In this document: one piece after another, positions 30,201 to 39,787 of the stretch
Numbering within the stretch: the stretch's first letter is position 1
Layout of the letters: each line of letters starts with the position of its first letter
IMG/VR virus record: IMGVR_UViG_3300012922_000006
Location: 1 to 64,000 of that record
Length of the DNA stretch: 64,000 nt
Direction: 5' to 3' (one strand)
DNA from: a virus
The notes under the pieces: model-generated
Told to the model about the DNA's origin: nothing
Seen by the model: only the letters and a program-made list of their open reading frames with translations
The model's database searches: none
Made by a program: the position numbers and the translations under genes

Positions 30201-30813
30201 TCCACGACGGGCGCTCCCGCTCCCGCTGCTCCTCAACCTCCCCGACCGGCCTCGCTGCCGCCGCCATCCGGGCCTCCCTCGTTCACCGCCGAGTATGCCG
30301 CGAGTGCGATGACGTGCTTGGCGTAGTGCACGCGTCCCATCGGACTCCGCGCGTGCTCGTCGCACGCGTAGTCGCCGTGCAGGTCCGGATCAGAATGCGT
30401 CGCCAACTTGCCGCACCCGCGCGCGAAGCAGTGCAGGAGCGCCGCGTCCACGAGCGCGCGCAGCCCCTCCACCTCGCGCCGCAGCAGCCCCGCCTCCCCC
30501 GCCGTGAGCGCCCAGTCCATCCCGGTCTCGCGCGAGTACGCGAGCACCTCCTCGAGCGTCCTCACGACCGCAGCCCCCGCTCGAGCGCCTCGATCTCCTC
30601 GACGCAGAGGAGCCTGTTCATCCACTCCCGCCGCACCAGCCGCTCGTGCTCGATCCTCGTGATGAGGACCTCTCCCCCGGGATTGCACCCGAGCTGCGCG
30701 GCCACCACCGCCGCGTGCACGGGGTCGGGGGCGCGCACGATCGCGACGCCCAGGAACTGCGAGCCCTCCGCCTTGGCGGTGTCGCAGAAGGACAGCCAGT
30801 AGAGCGCGCTCAC
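27232..30813 (-). other. tiled small hypothetical genes (e.g. 27232-27519, 27516-~27830, 28080-28589, 28777-29118, 29346-~29651 TM, 29648-~29983, 30562-~30813)
   Basis: Overlapping stop/start codons; CGGCAT starts at 28589 and 29118. Confidence 0.45.
27715..27736. repeat. 22-bp palindrome, copy 7 (inside a CDS)
   Basis: Exact copy; read as SRPGPRL. Confidence 0.98.
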
Positions 30814-31919
30814 GTCGCCTCGTCCGGGCCGTCGCCCGGCCTGCTGACCGCGACCACCTCTGCGTCGATGCTCAGCCTCTTCGCGAGGCGGGGCCAGAAC
30901 AGCGCGTAGAACGTCCTGAACGGAGACGTGCGGATCAGCAGCTCGCGCGAGCACCAGCTGACTTGGGTATCCGCTTCCACGGCGCGGACCCCACCGCGCC
31001 ACTCGTACGCCTCGAACACGTGCACGACTCGCCCGCCGTCCACGTGCCTCGCGGAGAACACCTCCTCGAACGCGAGCAGCTCCACGTCGGTCTCCTCGAG
31101 CACCTCCCGCTTCACCGCCTGCTCCGGCGTCTCCCCGGGCTCCACCTTGCCACCCGGCAGCGACCACCCGCGCCCCCGCGTGTTCACGCTGAGGACGGTT
31201 CCGTGCGCGCCCCTTACGACGACGACCGCCGCGTGCGGGAGTTCCTGGACCCCACCGCGATCGGCTTCTCGCGCGCGCCGGATGCGCCGCGCCTCGACCA
31301 TCTTCAGGCAGACGTTCGCGACGTCGATCGCCTCCGCCTCGACGCGCTCGTCGCCCTCCGCCGTGAGCAGCTCCAGGAACTCCTCGAGAACGACGTCACG
31401 CCACGACGCGTGACCGGTGCCATGCGCCTTCTTCTTTTGGCGAAGGACGCTCAGCATGTAGTGCGGATCGAACGAGCCGAAAACTTCGTTGAAGTCGAGC
31501 GGTAAGTCCGTATGCGCCTCCGCGCCGCCGTACTTCGCGTCCCCCCGCCACCTGGTCTTCAGGAGGTCGACGAGGACCCGGAACTGCTCACCGCGCTCGC
31601 GGCGGCGCACGTTCAGGTCCCCTAGCGGAAGGTCGTCCGAGAGCACGCGCCGCAGCGCGCGCACCTCGTCCTGCAGCTCCGTCCCGCGCGCCTGCGCAGC
31701 GGTGAGGATCTCGAGGTACGTGCGGACGTCGCGGAGGATCGGGAGGACCGTGTCGCGGACCCAAGCGTGCAGGTCGCCCAGCACTCCCTCCTCACGGAGC
31801 GTGCACGCGACGGCGACGCGCGCGTCACCGGTGGCCTCCTCGACCTTCGCGAGCCACGCCGCTCCACGCTTCTTCTCCTCCTCGCGCGCCCGCTCCGCCA
31901 CGTCTTCTTGCTCGCTCAT
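30810..31919 (-). CDS. MazG-like NTP pyrophosphatase plus NUDIX hydrolase fusion
   Basis: VLEEFLE...EAIDVANV (MazG-like) and PGGKVEPGETPEQAVKREVLEET (Nudix box). Confidence 0.75.
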   Translation of the reverse strand: MSEQEDVAERAREEEKKRGAAWLAKVEEATGDARVAVACTLREEGVLGDLHAWVRDTVLPILRDVRTYLEILTAAQARGTELQDEVRALRRVLSDDLPLGDLNVRRRERGEQFRVLVDLLKTRWRGDAKYGGAEAHTDLPLDFNEVFGSFDPHYMLSVLRQKKKAHGTGHASWRDVVLEEFLELLTAEGDERVEAEAIDVANVCLKMVEARRIRRAREADRGGVQELPHAAVVVVRGAHGTVLSVNTRGRGWSLPGGKVEPGETPEQAVKREVLEETDVELLAFEEVFSARHVDGGRVVHVFEAYEWRGGVRAVEADTQVSWCSRELLIRTSPFRTFYALFWPRLAKRLSIDAEVVAVSRPGDGPDEAT

Positions 31920-32362
31920 GCCCCCTCCGATGCCGCGTCGATCCACTCCAGCGGACCGTCCTGGACCGAGGAGTACTCGTCCCGGTCGACCTCCTCGAAC
32001 GCGCCGTCCCTCAGCATGTACACGTGGGCATCCCCCGGCCCTCGCCCACCGAAGTTGTCGCCGCACAGCCGGCCGTTGGTGAACGAGAAGAAGTTGCGGG
32101 GGCAGTCCGCGAACGTGACCGCGATCGGGTGGGGGAAGGCCCGGTCGACCCACCACGTGCGGTGCGGCGTCGCGACCGCGTACCTCGACGGGAGCACCAC
32201 GGTGACCGCGTCGGGACCACGCTCGTAGAACCGCACCGCGGGATCCGTAACGGAATACTCAAGACACTTCGCGCGCATGACGACGTGCTCGAGGGTCGGA
32301 CCCACCATGACGTGCTCGGGGTGCCCGTGGGGGATGAACAGGAAGTAGGAGGAGTCGCTCAT
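31916..32362 (-). CDS. hypothetical protein
   Basis: CGGCATCC-N8-ATG. Confidence 0.55.
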   Translation of the reverse strand: MSDSSYFLFIPHGHPEHVMVGPTLEHVVMRAKCLEYSVTDPAVRFYERGPDAVTVVLPSRYAVATPHRTWWVDRAFPHPIAVTFADCPRNFFSFTNGRLCGDNFGGRGPGDAHVYMLRDGAFEEVDRDEYSSVQDGPLEWIDAASEGA

Positions 32363-32389
32363 GCCCCCGCGGATGCCGGGCTCCCCCCG

Positions 32390-32411
32390 AGTCGAGGCCC
32401 GGGCCTCGACT
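32390..32411. repeat. 22-bp palindrome, copy 8
   Basis: Exact copy; overlaps the TGA at 32411. Confidence 0.98.
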
Positions 32412-32761
32412 CAGTCCTGGTCGACGCGCTCGCCGAACAGGTAGAGGGGCGGCGACCTGCGGTCCACGTAGTCGAACTGGTCGAGCGCGAACTGCGCGAG
32501 CAGGCCCCGCGCGACGAGGTCGAAGGCGACGTCGGCCACGAGCGACCCCGAGACGACACGGCGCCTGTAGTCCGCCTGGAACGAGTAGAGGCGCGCGCCG
32601 GCGGCGCTCAGCGGGGCGAGGAGGGCCGCGGCCGGGATGCCCGACGTCTGCGGCGACGCGCGGTACGGCGTCGCCTGCGCGTCGATCACGAACTTCCCGT
32701 CGCGGGTCCGCGCCGCGGCCTGCGCGACGAGGACTGCGACGGAGGCGGCGTCGAAGGGCAT
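32411..32761 (-). CDS. hypothetical protein
   Basis: TAGGAT-N7-ATG. Confidence 0.55.
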   Translation of the reverse strand: MPFDAASVAVLVAQAAARTRDGKFVIDAQATPYRASPQTSGIPAAALLAPLSAAGARLYSFQADYRRRVVSGSLVADVAFDLVARGLLAQFALDQFDYVDRRSPPLYLFGERVDQD

Positions 32762-33001
32762 GGAGGAGATCCTACTTCACTGCGTTGAAGACGCTCGACA
32801 GGCCCCCGCCGCAGTACTTGTAGCCGTCCGCGCCGCACACCGTGCACACGACCTCCCAGCCAGCGTCGTCGGGGCCCTCGCCGCCCTTCAGGACGCGGGT
32901 CACCCGGATCGAGTGCCACCCCCGGTCGCAGAACCAGCGCCGCCAGTGGCGCTTCTGCGGGGCCTCCTCTGGCGGCGACGCGCTCGTGCGGTACGGGTCG
33001 C

Positions 33002-33298
33002 TCACCCGTCCTCCAGCGCCCGCGAGGCGACCGCGCGGAACAGCGCCGCCGCGTCGCGAAACTTTAGCTCGCGCGACGACTTCGGGCCGAACGCGCGCAC
33101 GCGCAGGTGCACGTTCGAGGTGGAGACCACCAGCGAGACCACGTGCACGCGCCGGTCGTCGAGCTGCATGTCCCTCGCCTGCCGCGCGCACTCCACGAGG
33201 ACGGCGCGCACGACGGAGACCGCGACCTCGGGCTCCGCCGTGAGCGAATGGCGCTCGAGGACCTCCAGCATCCGGTCCTCCTGCTCCTGCTTCACCAT
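33002..33298 (-). CDS. hypothetical protein
   Basis: CGGCATCC-N8-ATG. Confidence 0.55.
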   Translation of the reverse strand: MVKQEQEDRMLEVLERHSLTAEPEVAVSVVRAVLVECARQARDMQLDDRRVHVVSLVVSTSNVHLRVRAFGPKSSRELKFRDAAALFRAVASRALEDG

Positions 33299-33317
33299 GC
33301 GCGGCGGGATGCCGCCC

Positions 33318-34076
33318 TCAGGGCGCGGTCGTGTCGTAGCGGACCGCGTACGCGTGGGTCCCGTTCGGCGCCGTGCTCTTCACGCCGCCCCACGCCGCGT
33401 TCAGCGTCGGCGACGCGTCCACGACCCCGTCCACGCTCACCACCGGCGTCCCCGAGAACACCTCGCCGACGGAGAATCCGTCGCTCGTCTTCAGGTCCGT
33501 CGTCCCGCCCGGGTCGACGTCGCTCGTCAGGCTCGTCACCGTCTCGAACGCCTGCGCCCCGTCGCCGACGTCGTAGGTGCCCGCGCCCGCGCAGCTCTTC
33601 GTGAGCGTCGCCGCCGACCCGTCCACCTTCGTCCCCTTCACCGTGAACACGACCGGGTTCACGCCGCCCACGCCCAGGACGATCTCCAGCGCGCGCCGCG
33701 GGTACGGCACCGTGAAGGCCGTCGTCACGTTGAGGGCGGCACCCGCCGCGACCTGCGCGTGCACGCTCACGCCCTTCGCCGGCAGGAGCGCGCCCGCGAC
33801 CAACACGCTCGTCTTGCGCCCGCCCTCGAACGTCTGCTCGCCCTCGATGGCCGTCCGCATGATGGCCTCGAGCGCGGCCTCGTTCGCGCCCTTCAGCGAG
33901 TGCGCCGAGAGCGCCCTCGCGCTGGCAGCGACGAGCAGCGCCGACGTGGGGGCCACCTCGCCGCCAGCAGCCACGATGGCGGCGACGTTGTCGACCGCGT
34001 CGTCGAGCTTCCGGCCGGGCAGCAACTTGTTCCCGTTGGGGAAAACGACGGTGTTGATCAAGTAGAACACGGCCAT
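33318..34076 (-). CDS. putative virion decoration protein carrying the shared N-terminal module
   Basis: FYLINTV...G.KLDDAVDN...AAGG; T/V/G-rich beta C-terminus. Confidence 0.6.
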   Translation of the reverse strand: MAVFYLINTVVFPNGNKLLPGRKLDDAVDNVAAIVAAGGEVAPTSALLVAASARALSAHSLKGANEAALEAIMRTAIEGEQTFEGGRKTSVLVAGALLPAKGVSVHAQVAAGAALNVTTAFTVPYPRRALEIVLGVGGVNPVVFTVKGTKVDGSAATLTKSCAGAGTYDVGDGAQAFETVTSLTSDVDPGGTTDLKTSDGFSVGEVFSGTPVVSVDGVVDASPTLNAAWGGVKSTAPNGTHAYAVRYDTTAP

Positions 34077-34536
34077 GTGGGTCTCTCCTCGTCTCGGGAA
34101 CTGGGAGGAGACTACCCGAACGCGGTCACCAGCGCCGACGGCGAAGCCACGCCCAGAGGCGACGCCACCACGGCTCCGGCTCCCGGACCCGCATCGTCGC
34201 CTCCACCACCCGCACCGCGCGCTCCGTCACCGTCCTGGGCTGCACGTCGCCCTCGAACACGCGCTTGCGCATGGTCCGCACGGCGCGCTTCGCGTCCGCC
34301 TGCGCGCGCTCGGGACCCCGGACGATCCTGCCCTTCATCTTACGAACGGAACGAGTGTTGGAGTTCACTTGCTAACTTGTCCAAGTGCTTCGCAACTCGT
34401 TGCCATTGTCTCGAACCAATCGGACCCCACCGATCGATCACGATGTCGAGAGACGGAAACATTCTCCAAGATTCGAATGGTTCCCACCACCCAGGGTGGT
34501 ACGCGAACGTCTCGAGGTAAAAGCGCCCCCAGGGAC

Positions 34537-35238
34537 TCACCGCGACTGCCTCGGGACCACGACGCGGCCGAACGTCGAGAACACCTGCTCGAAGCGGGAG
34601 ACCGCCTCCTCCGTCACCCGCCAGCTCCTCTCGCCGACGAGCGGCAGCGGCGGGAGGTACACGAGGCAGCTCGAGTGCGGGGGCTGGTCGCGCTCCACGC
34701 CGTCGCGCCAGAACTTGAGGCGCTGCCTCGGGTAGCAGACCGCGAACTCGAGCGGCGAGATCGGGCACCTGGGCTCACTCTGCGTCGTCTGCAGCAGCTC
34801 TACGGAGAAGCACACGAAGACGGCCTGCTCGGTGCGGTGCTGGTACCACTCCCTGCAGAGCTTCGCCCACCACTTCCGCTGCGACGACTCCACCCCCATG
34901 TGGACGTGCCCCGGCTCCAGGCCGCACGACCCCGTGACCCGGCACTTCGGCTTCACGGGTCGCTGCCGGTCGTCGCTCAGGCCCCCCGGTGGGTTGAGCA
35001 GCACCCCCCTCGTGACCCAGGGCCTGGTGAACCCGTCGTCCTCGGCAGTGTAGTACCCGTGCGCGCCCACGCGTTGGTTCAGCTCCGGAGACGACGCGGG
35101 GTCGAGCGTGATCCCGCCCATGACGTGGCGCGCTGCCTCGATGATGGCGGTCGGCGTCCCGTACTCGGTGCTCGAGGACGAGTGCCTCTGCGCCACACCG
35201 TTCACCGCGTCCGGACCCTCGAATATCGCGCTTGTCAT
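34537..35238 (-). CDS. phage DNA N6-adenine methyltransferase-like protein
   Basis: EYGTP...ITLDPASS...EDDG...LNPPGG...RLKF. Confidence 0.75.
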   Translation of the reverse strand: MTSAIFEGPDAVNGVAQRHSSSSTEYGTPTAIIEAARHVMGGITLDPASSPELNQRVGAHGYYTAEDDGFTRPWVTRGVLLNPPGGLSDDRQRPVKPKCRVTGSCGLEPGHVHMGVESSQRKWWAKLCREWYQHRTEQAVFVCFSVELLQTTQSEPRCPISPLEFAVCYPRQRLKFWRDGVERDQPPHSSCLVYLPPLPLVGERSWRVTEEAVSRFEQVFSTFGRVVVPRQSR

Positions 35239-35495
35239 AGGGGTCACGGATGCCGCGCTAGCGCACGAGCCGGCAGGCCGCCTTGTGCACGGGGCGCGTG
35301 CCCAGGCAGCTCGGGCAGACCCCGTCCGCGTCGAACAGCTCGTTCGAGTGCGCGACGCACTGCTCCCGCCGGGCCAGCTCGTGGAGCGTCACCCCCTGGC
35401 GCTCCGCCCTCCTCGCCCTCTCCAACGCCTCGTCGACCTGGCTCGGCTTCGCTGCCATGGCGGTACCTCCCGCCTCAGCCTGATGCCGCGCGGCC

Positions 35496-37163
35496 CTACC
35501 GTGCCATCACGCTGGCGATCCCGCCCCGGCGCTTGCCCCCGGATGCCGCGCCGCTCCCGCGCAGCACGCCGAACTTCTTGGCCTGCTCGCGGCCGAAGTA
35601 GTTGGCCATCAGCACGTCGCCAGTGTGCCGCGAGGGTACGTAGTAGAGGCACTCGTCGACGAAGCGCTGCATCGCCGGGTGCGTCTCGCCCCTGCGGTTG
35701 TTCGGGAACGCCCACGCCCCGTTGCTCATCTCCACGAAGAGCGCCGGCACGCCGTGCTCGGGGTGCGCCTTCGTCCGGCCCGTGCAGAACCCCTTGATCG
35801 GGATCGAGAGCGAGCGAGCGAGCGCGAACTGCCGGATGAAGTCCTGCGCCTGGTTGTTCTCCACCGTGACGATCGAGTGGTAGCGGTCGTGCTTATCGAA
35901 GATTTTGTCGACGATCACCGGCCCGCTCCACTTGCCGACCTCGATGTCGAGGATGACCTTCAGGCCGTCCGGGCGCGCCTCGAACGTGAAGAAGGCAGTG
36001 TCGTCGCTCTCCTCGCCCGGGCTGATCGCGAGGTCGACTCCCGTGAACGTCGGGTAGCCCCCGTCGTAGCGCTGCACGAACGAGTGGACCCCGCTGTCGC
36101 GCGCCCTCCTCAGGCAGGCCTCGACGTACTCCGCCTTGCACATGGCGCTGCCGTCGTCTCGGCAGATGGCCCTGTAGAGCTGGTTGAACCGCTGCGGGAT
36201 ATACCCGAGCCGCTTCTGCTCGATCCACTCCGACGAGTACTTCTCCGGCCAGAGCGGCACCTCGTTGCCCGGGTCCGGGTCGTGCGCCACGAGCCTGCAC
36301 ACTGGGCTCGTGGAGTCGTCGTTCGCGGGGCGGAGCAGCTCCGAGTCCCACGGCTCCTTCGACGTCGAGTCGTCGTAGACCGTCACGTCCCCGTAGATGT
36401 CCATGCGCATCGTCGCCCAGCCGCCCTTCTCGAACGAGTGGAGGACGTCGTCGGGGTGCCACGGCGTGTTCGTCACCACGACCTTCGCGCCCACTGGGTC
36501 GAGGCGCGAGAGCACCTTCATGTCGAGCTGGAAGCTCGTCTTCTCGCGCTGCTCCTTCGTCAGCGTGTTCTGGTCGTTGAGGATGTCGTCGATGATGATC
36601 CAGTTCAGGCGCGAGCCGATGATCCGGTCCGAGTCGAGGCCGTAGGCCGTGAGGCTCGCGTCCTTGATGCCCGGCGGGCGGTCGACCGTGATGCTCGTCT
36701 GCGTCCACGCGTCGCTCTTCTTCCGCGACGGCACCAGGTGCGGGAAGACCATCCGCAGCTCGGCGCTCGTCTCGATGTACTCGCGCACGAGCGCCAGCAC
36801 CTTCGTCGCCTGCTCCTCGGCGGCGCTCACCACGGCGCCGCGCAGCTCCGTGTTCCGCCCGAGCATGTAGAGCGTCAGGCCCGTCGCGATCAGCGTCTTG
36901 CTCGCGCCGACCGCCGCCATCAGCACGCACCGGTCGTGCGCCATGATGAACTCGATCGCGACCCGCTGGTGCGGCGCCAGGCGCACGGGGAGGTTCGCGT
37001 CGAACCGGCGCATCACGAAGTTGAAGAAGAGGCACACGTCCTCGCGCGCCGCCTCCGCCATCGCGAGCACGCCGTCGCGCAAGTCCGCGGCGAGCTGCGG
37101 GTCGTCGCCCGCCAGGACCTCCGCGCCCGAGAGTCGAGGCCCGGGCCTCGACTCGTCCTCCAC
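35496..37163 (-). CDS. terL: terminase large subunit
   Basis: LAPHQ, Walker A-like GASKT, Walker B WIIIDD, TPWHPDD, nuclease GVDLA..DDTA..VENN..Q..D.LMA; GTG start inferred. Confidence 0.88.
   Translation of the reverse strand: MEDESRPGPRLSGAEVLAGDDPQLAADLRDGVLAMAEAAREDVCLFFNFVMRRFDANLPVRLAPHQRVAIEFIMAHDRCVLMAAVGASKTLIATGLTLYMLGRNTELRGAVVSAAEEQATKVLALVREYIETSAELRMVFPHLVPSRKKSDAWTQTSITVDRPPGIKDASLTAYGLDSDRIIGSRLNWIIIDDILNDQNTLTKEQREKTSFQLDMKVLSRLDPVGAKVVVTNTPWHPDDVLHSFEKGGWATMRMDIYGDVTVYDDSTSKEPWDSELLRPANDDSTSPVCRLVAHDPDPGNEVPLWPEKYSSEWIEQKRLGYIPQRFNQLYRAICRDDGSAMCKAEYVEACLRRARDSGVHSFVQRYDGGYPTFTGVDLAISPGEESDDTAFFTFEARPDGLKVILDIEVGKWSGPVIVDKIFDKHDRYHSIVTVENNQAQDFIRQFALARSLSIPIKGFCTGRTKAHPEHGVPALFVEMSNGAWAFPNNRRGETHPAMQRFVDECLYYVPSRHTGDVLMANYFGREQAKKFGVLRGSGAASGGKRRGGIASVMAR
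37132..37153. repeat. 22-bp palindrome, copy 9 (5' end of terL)
   Basis: Exact copy. Confidence 0.98.
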
Positions 37164-37488
37164 CCGCCCCTCGTGCTCGACCGCCCGCCTCAAAACCGCA
37201 CCCTGCCCGCGCCGCGGCACGCGGGGCACTCGATCTGCAGCACCCACTCGCCGGACCCGCCGCACTCGCGGCACCGACGGAGCAGGGGCAGCACGCGCGC
37301 GGGCCCGAGCTGCGCGCGCTTGGCGACGCGCACGTAGAACCGCGTCGTGCCCACCACGTGGAGGACGACAGCCAGGTCCTCGCGCATGGAGCGCGTCACC
37401 ACGAGGCGGACCTGCGCGAGCGTCGCCCGGATGACCGCGGTGCTCGCGTAGCCGCGCTTGTTCGGCAGGTCGACCAGCTCCGTCGCCG

Positions 37489-38055
37489 TCACCGCGCGCG
37501 CCTCGCGGGCAGCGCCGGGAGCGGGGCCTCCACGGTGCGCGCGCGGTCGCGCTCCTCCAGCTCCCGCAGCGCGCGCTGGCGCTCCAGGATCTCCTGCACC
37601 TGCTCCGGCGTCAGGTTCCCGATCACGGGCATGATCGACTCGCTCACGCGGAACACGACGTCGACCTTCACCGGCGCGTACGTGCCCTGCAGGTTCGCGA
37701 GGATGTGCTCGTAGCGCGCGACCGCCGAGTGGTCCGGCTTCTCGACCCACGCCCCACCCTGGTCCTTCCGACCCGAGGCGACGCCGATCTGGCGCTTCAC
37801 GCGGCGCACCGCCTCCGCGCGGTTCACCTGCAGCGCGCCGCTCGCCTCGTCCTCGCGCACCCACCGCTCGCGCACGCGCCCCACGAGCTTCTGCGTGCGG
37901 TTCGGCGTGATCCCGAAGCGCTCCCGCATCGCGCGCTTCACCGCGGCGACCGTCTGGTGCGGCAGGATCGCGGCGACCGCCTCCTCCTGCTCCTTCGTCT
38001 CCGCCCGCGTGTAGACCGTCTTGAACGGCCGCTGCTTCTTGTTCTCCGGAGCCAT
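37489..38055 (-). CDS. probable terminase small subunit
   Basis: HTH-like N-terminus, ILANLQGTYAPVKVDV motif, upstream of terL. Confidence 0.6.
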   Translation of the reverse strand: MAPENKKQRPFKTVYTRAETKEQEEAVAAILPHQTVAAVKRAMRERFGITPNRTQKLVGRVRERWVREDEASGALQVNRAEAVRRVKRQIGVASGRKDQGGAWVEKPDHSAVARYEHILANLQGTYAPVKVDVVFRVSESIMPVIGNLTPEQVQEILERQRALRELEERDRARTVEAPLPALPARRAR

Positions 38056-38094
38056 GGCGCCTCGGAGTGAGGCTACCGCGGCGCGGGATCTAGG

Positions 38095-38559
38095 TCACGG
38101 CGAGCGCGGCTCGAAGTCCACGCGCTCCACGCGGATGCCCACCCGCTCGAGGAGCGCGAGACCTTCGCGGACCCGGTACTCGCGGTTGTAGACGACGCGC
38201 TCCACGCCCCCGAGCTGGATGAGCAGCTTCGCGCACGCGGCGCACGGCGAGTCGGTGCACACGACGACCTTGCGCGCGTACGCGTCGGCGCACTTCACGA
38301 CCGCGTTGGACTCCGAATGTACGCATCCGCACGATCCTGGGACGTCGCTGTCGCACGTGTTCGGGAGCCCGTGCGCGTTGCCGTTGTAGCCGAAGGAGAG
38401 CGTCCGCCTGAAGTCGTGCGTGAGGATCACACACCCCACCTGGAGGCGCCTGCACGTCGACCTCTCGGAGAGGTCGTACGCGTGGCGCATGAAGATCGCC
38501 TCGAAGGACGGACGCACCCGCTCGATCGTCGCGAACCCACTGCTCGGTCTGTCACCCAT
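38095..38559 (-). CDS. dCMP deaminase
   Basis: RSTC.R.QVG, GYNG, HSESNA, SPCAAC. Confidence 0.9.
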   Translation of the reverse strand: MGDRPSSGFATIERVRPSFEAIFMRHAYDLSERSTCRRLQVGCVILTHDFRRTLSFGYNGNAHGLPNTCDSDVPGSCGCVHSESNAVVKCADAYARKVVVCTDSPCAACAKLLIQLGGVERVVYNREYRVREGLALLERVGIRVERVDFEPRSP

Positions 38560-39251
38560 GCTCCACCCCCTCGATCGGCTCGTAGTCGACGCGCGTGCTC
38601 GTGCGGTGCGGCGGCGAGATCCCCCTCGACGCGAAGTAGTTGAGGACCGTCTTCCACACGTCCTCGTCGAGGAAGGGGTCCGCCGTCTTCTCGCGGTGCG
38701 CGGAGCACACGACGTTGCTCGACAGGAACCGCCACGGCTTGCCGGCGTAGACTCGACTCGGGACGAGCAGCAGGACGACCTTCCACTCCGCCGCCCCCTC
38801 GCACCCGTGCCGCGAGCAGCCCAGCGCGCGCGGCTTGTCGTAGCGGACCACCAGCGCGTCACTCATCGTCGTCGCCCTCCTCCACGAACGAAGCCTCGAT
38901 CGGTCCCGGTGGCAGGCCCTTCAGCTCCGTCGCCCCCTCAACCGCAGCAGCGAGCAGCGGGTCCGCCGAACTCGGGTCCCGCGCTACGCCCGGCAGGAAT
39001 CCTCGCGCCCGGAACTCCGCCCCCTCGCCGTACAGGTCGAAGAACGCGGCGAGCTTCCGCACCGCCTCCGCGTTGCCCCTGAAGCTCAGCCTGATCGTGA
39101 GTGGCATGGCCTTGTCAGACGCCTTCGCCGCCTCATACGAGCCCACGAGGCCAGTCTCGAGCTGCTGGAGCTTCAGCTTCGCCCCCTCGTCACTCTGGTA
39201 GGTCGCGGGCACCCTCACGCCCGTCCCCGCGTACAGTCCCTTGCCGCTCAT
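38552..39251 (-). other. two hypothetical genes (38552-38866, 38859-39251)
   Basis: Tiling; CGGCATAG-N9-ATG at 39251. Confidence 0.5.
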
Positions 39252-39405
39252 GGCCCGGGACTATGCCGTGAAGAGGAGCTTCGACAGCGAGTCGAGCATC
39301 TCGCGCGACTCGCGGGCGTCCTTGCGCGACGCCTCGAGCGCCTCGCGCTGCACCGCGTACGCCTCCTCGTCCCACCAGCCGGCCTCCCACACGTCAGCGT
39401 CGACG

Positions 39406-39783
39406 TCAGTGGGTCGGCTCCCCAGGAGCCTCCCCTCCCGCCTCGCCGTCGCCCCCGACCGGTACGACTCGAGCCTGTCCGGCACCGGCATCGCTCCCAT
39501 CGACGACTCCCTTCTTCCGCAGCCCAGCCACAACCGAAGTGTGGTCCCGATTCATGATCTTGCCGATCGTCGTCGTCGACATCCGGGGGAACCGCTCCCG
39601 CAGGATCCGCATGCAGGCATGTCGCGCGTCAGAAATGCTCTGCTCCCTCGAAGGCCCCCAGACGTCCCTCATCCGGACACCCATGGCGATGCTGGTGATC
39701 TTCATCGCCTCGTAGACGCTCAGCTCGCGAAGGTACTCCTCCCACTCGCTGAACGCCTTCGTCTGCGGTTTCACCCTCGCCAC
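39406..39783 (-). CDS. stand-alone DnaA C-terminal-like HTH protein
   Basis: ARHACMRIL...STTTIGKIMNRDHTSV. Confidence 0.75.
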   Translation of the reverse strand: MARVKPQTKAFSEWEEYLRELSVYEAMKITSIAMGVRMRDVWGPSREQSISDARHACMRILRERFPRMSTTTIGKIMNRDHTSVVAGLRKKGVVDGSDAGAGQARVVPVGGDGEAGGEAPGEPTH

Positions 39784-39787
39784 GCGC

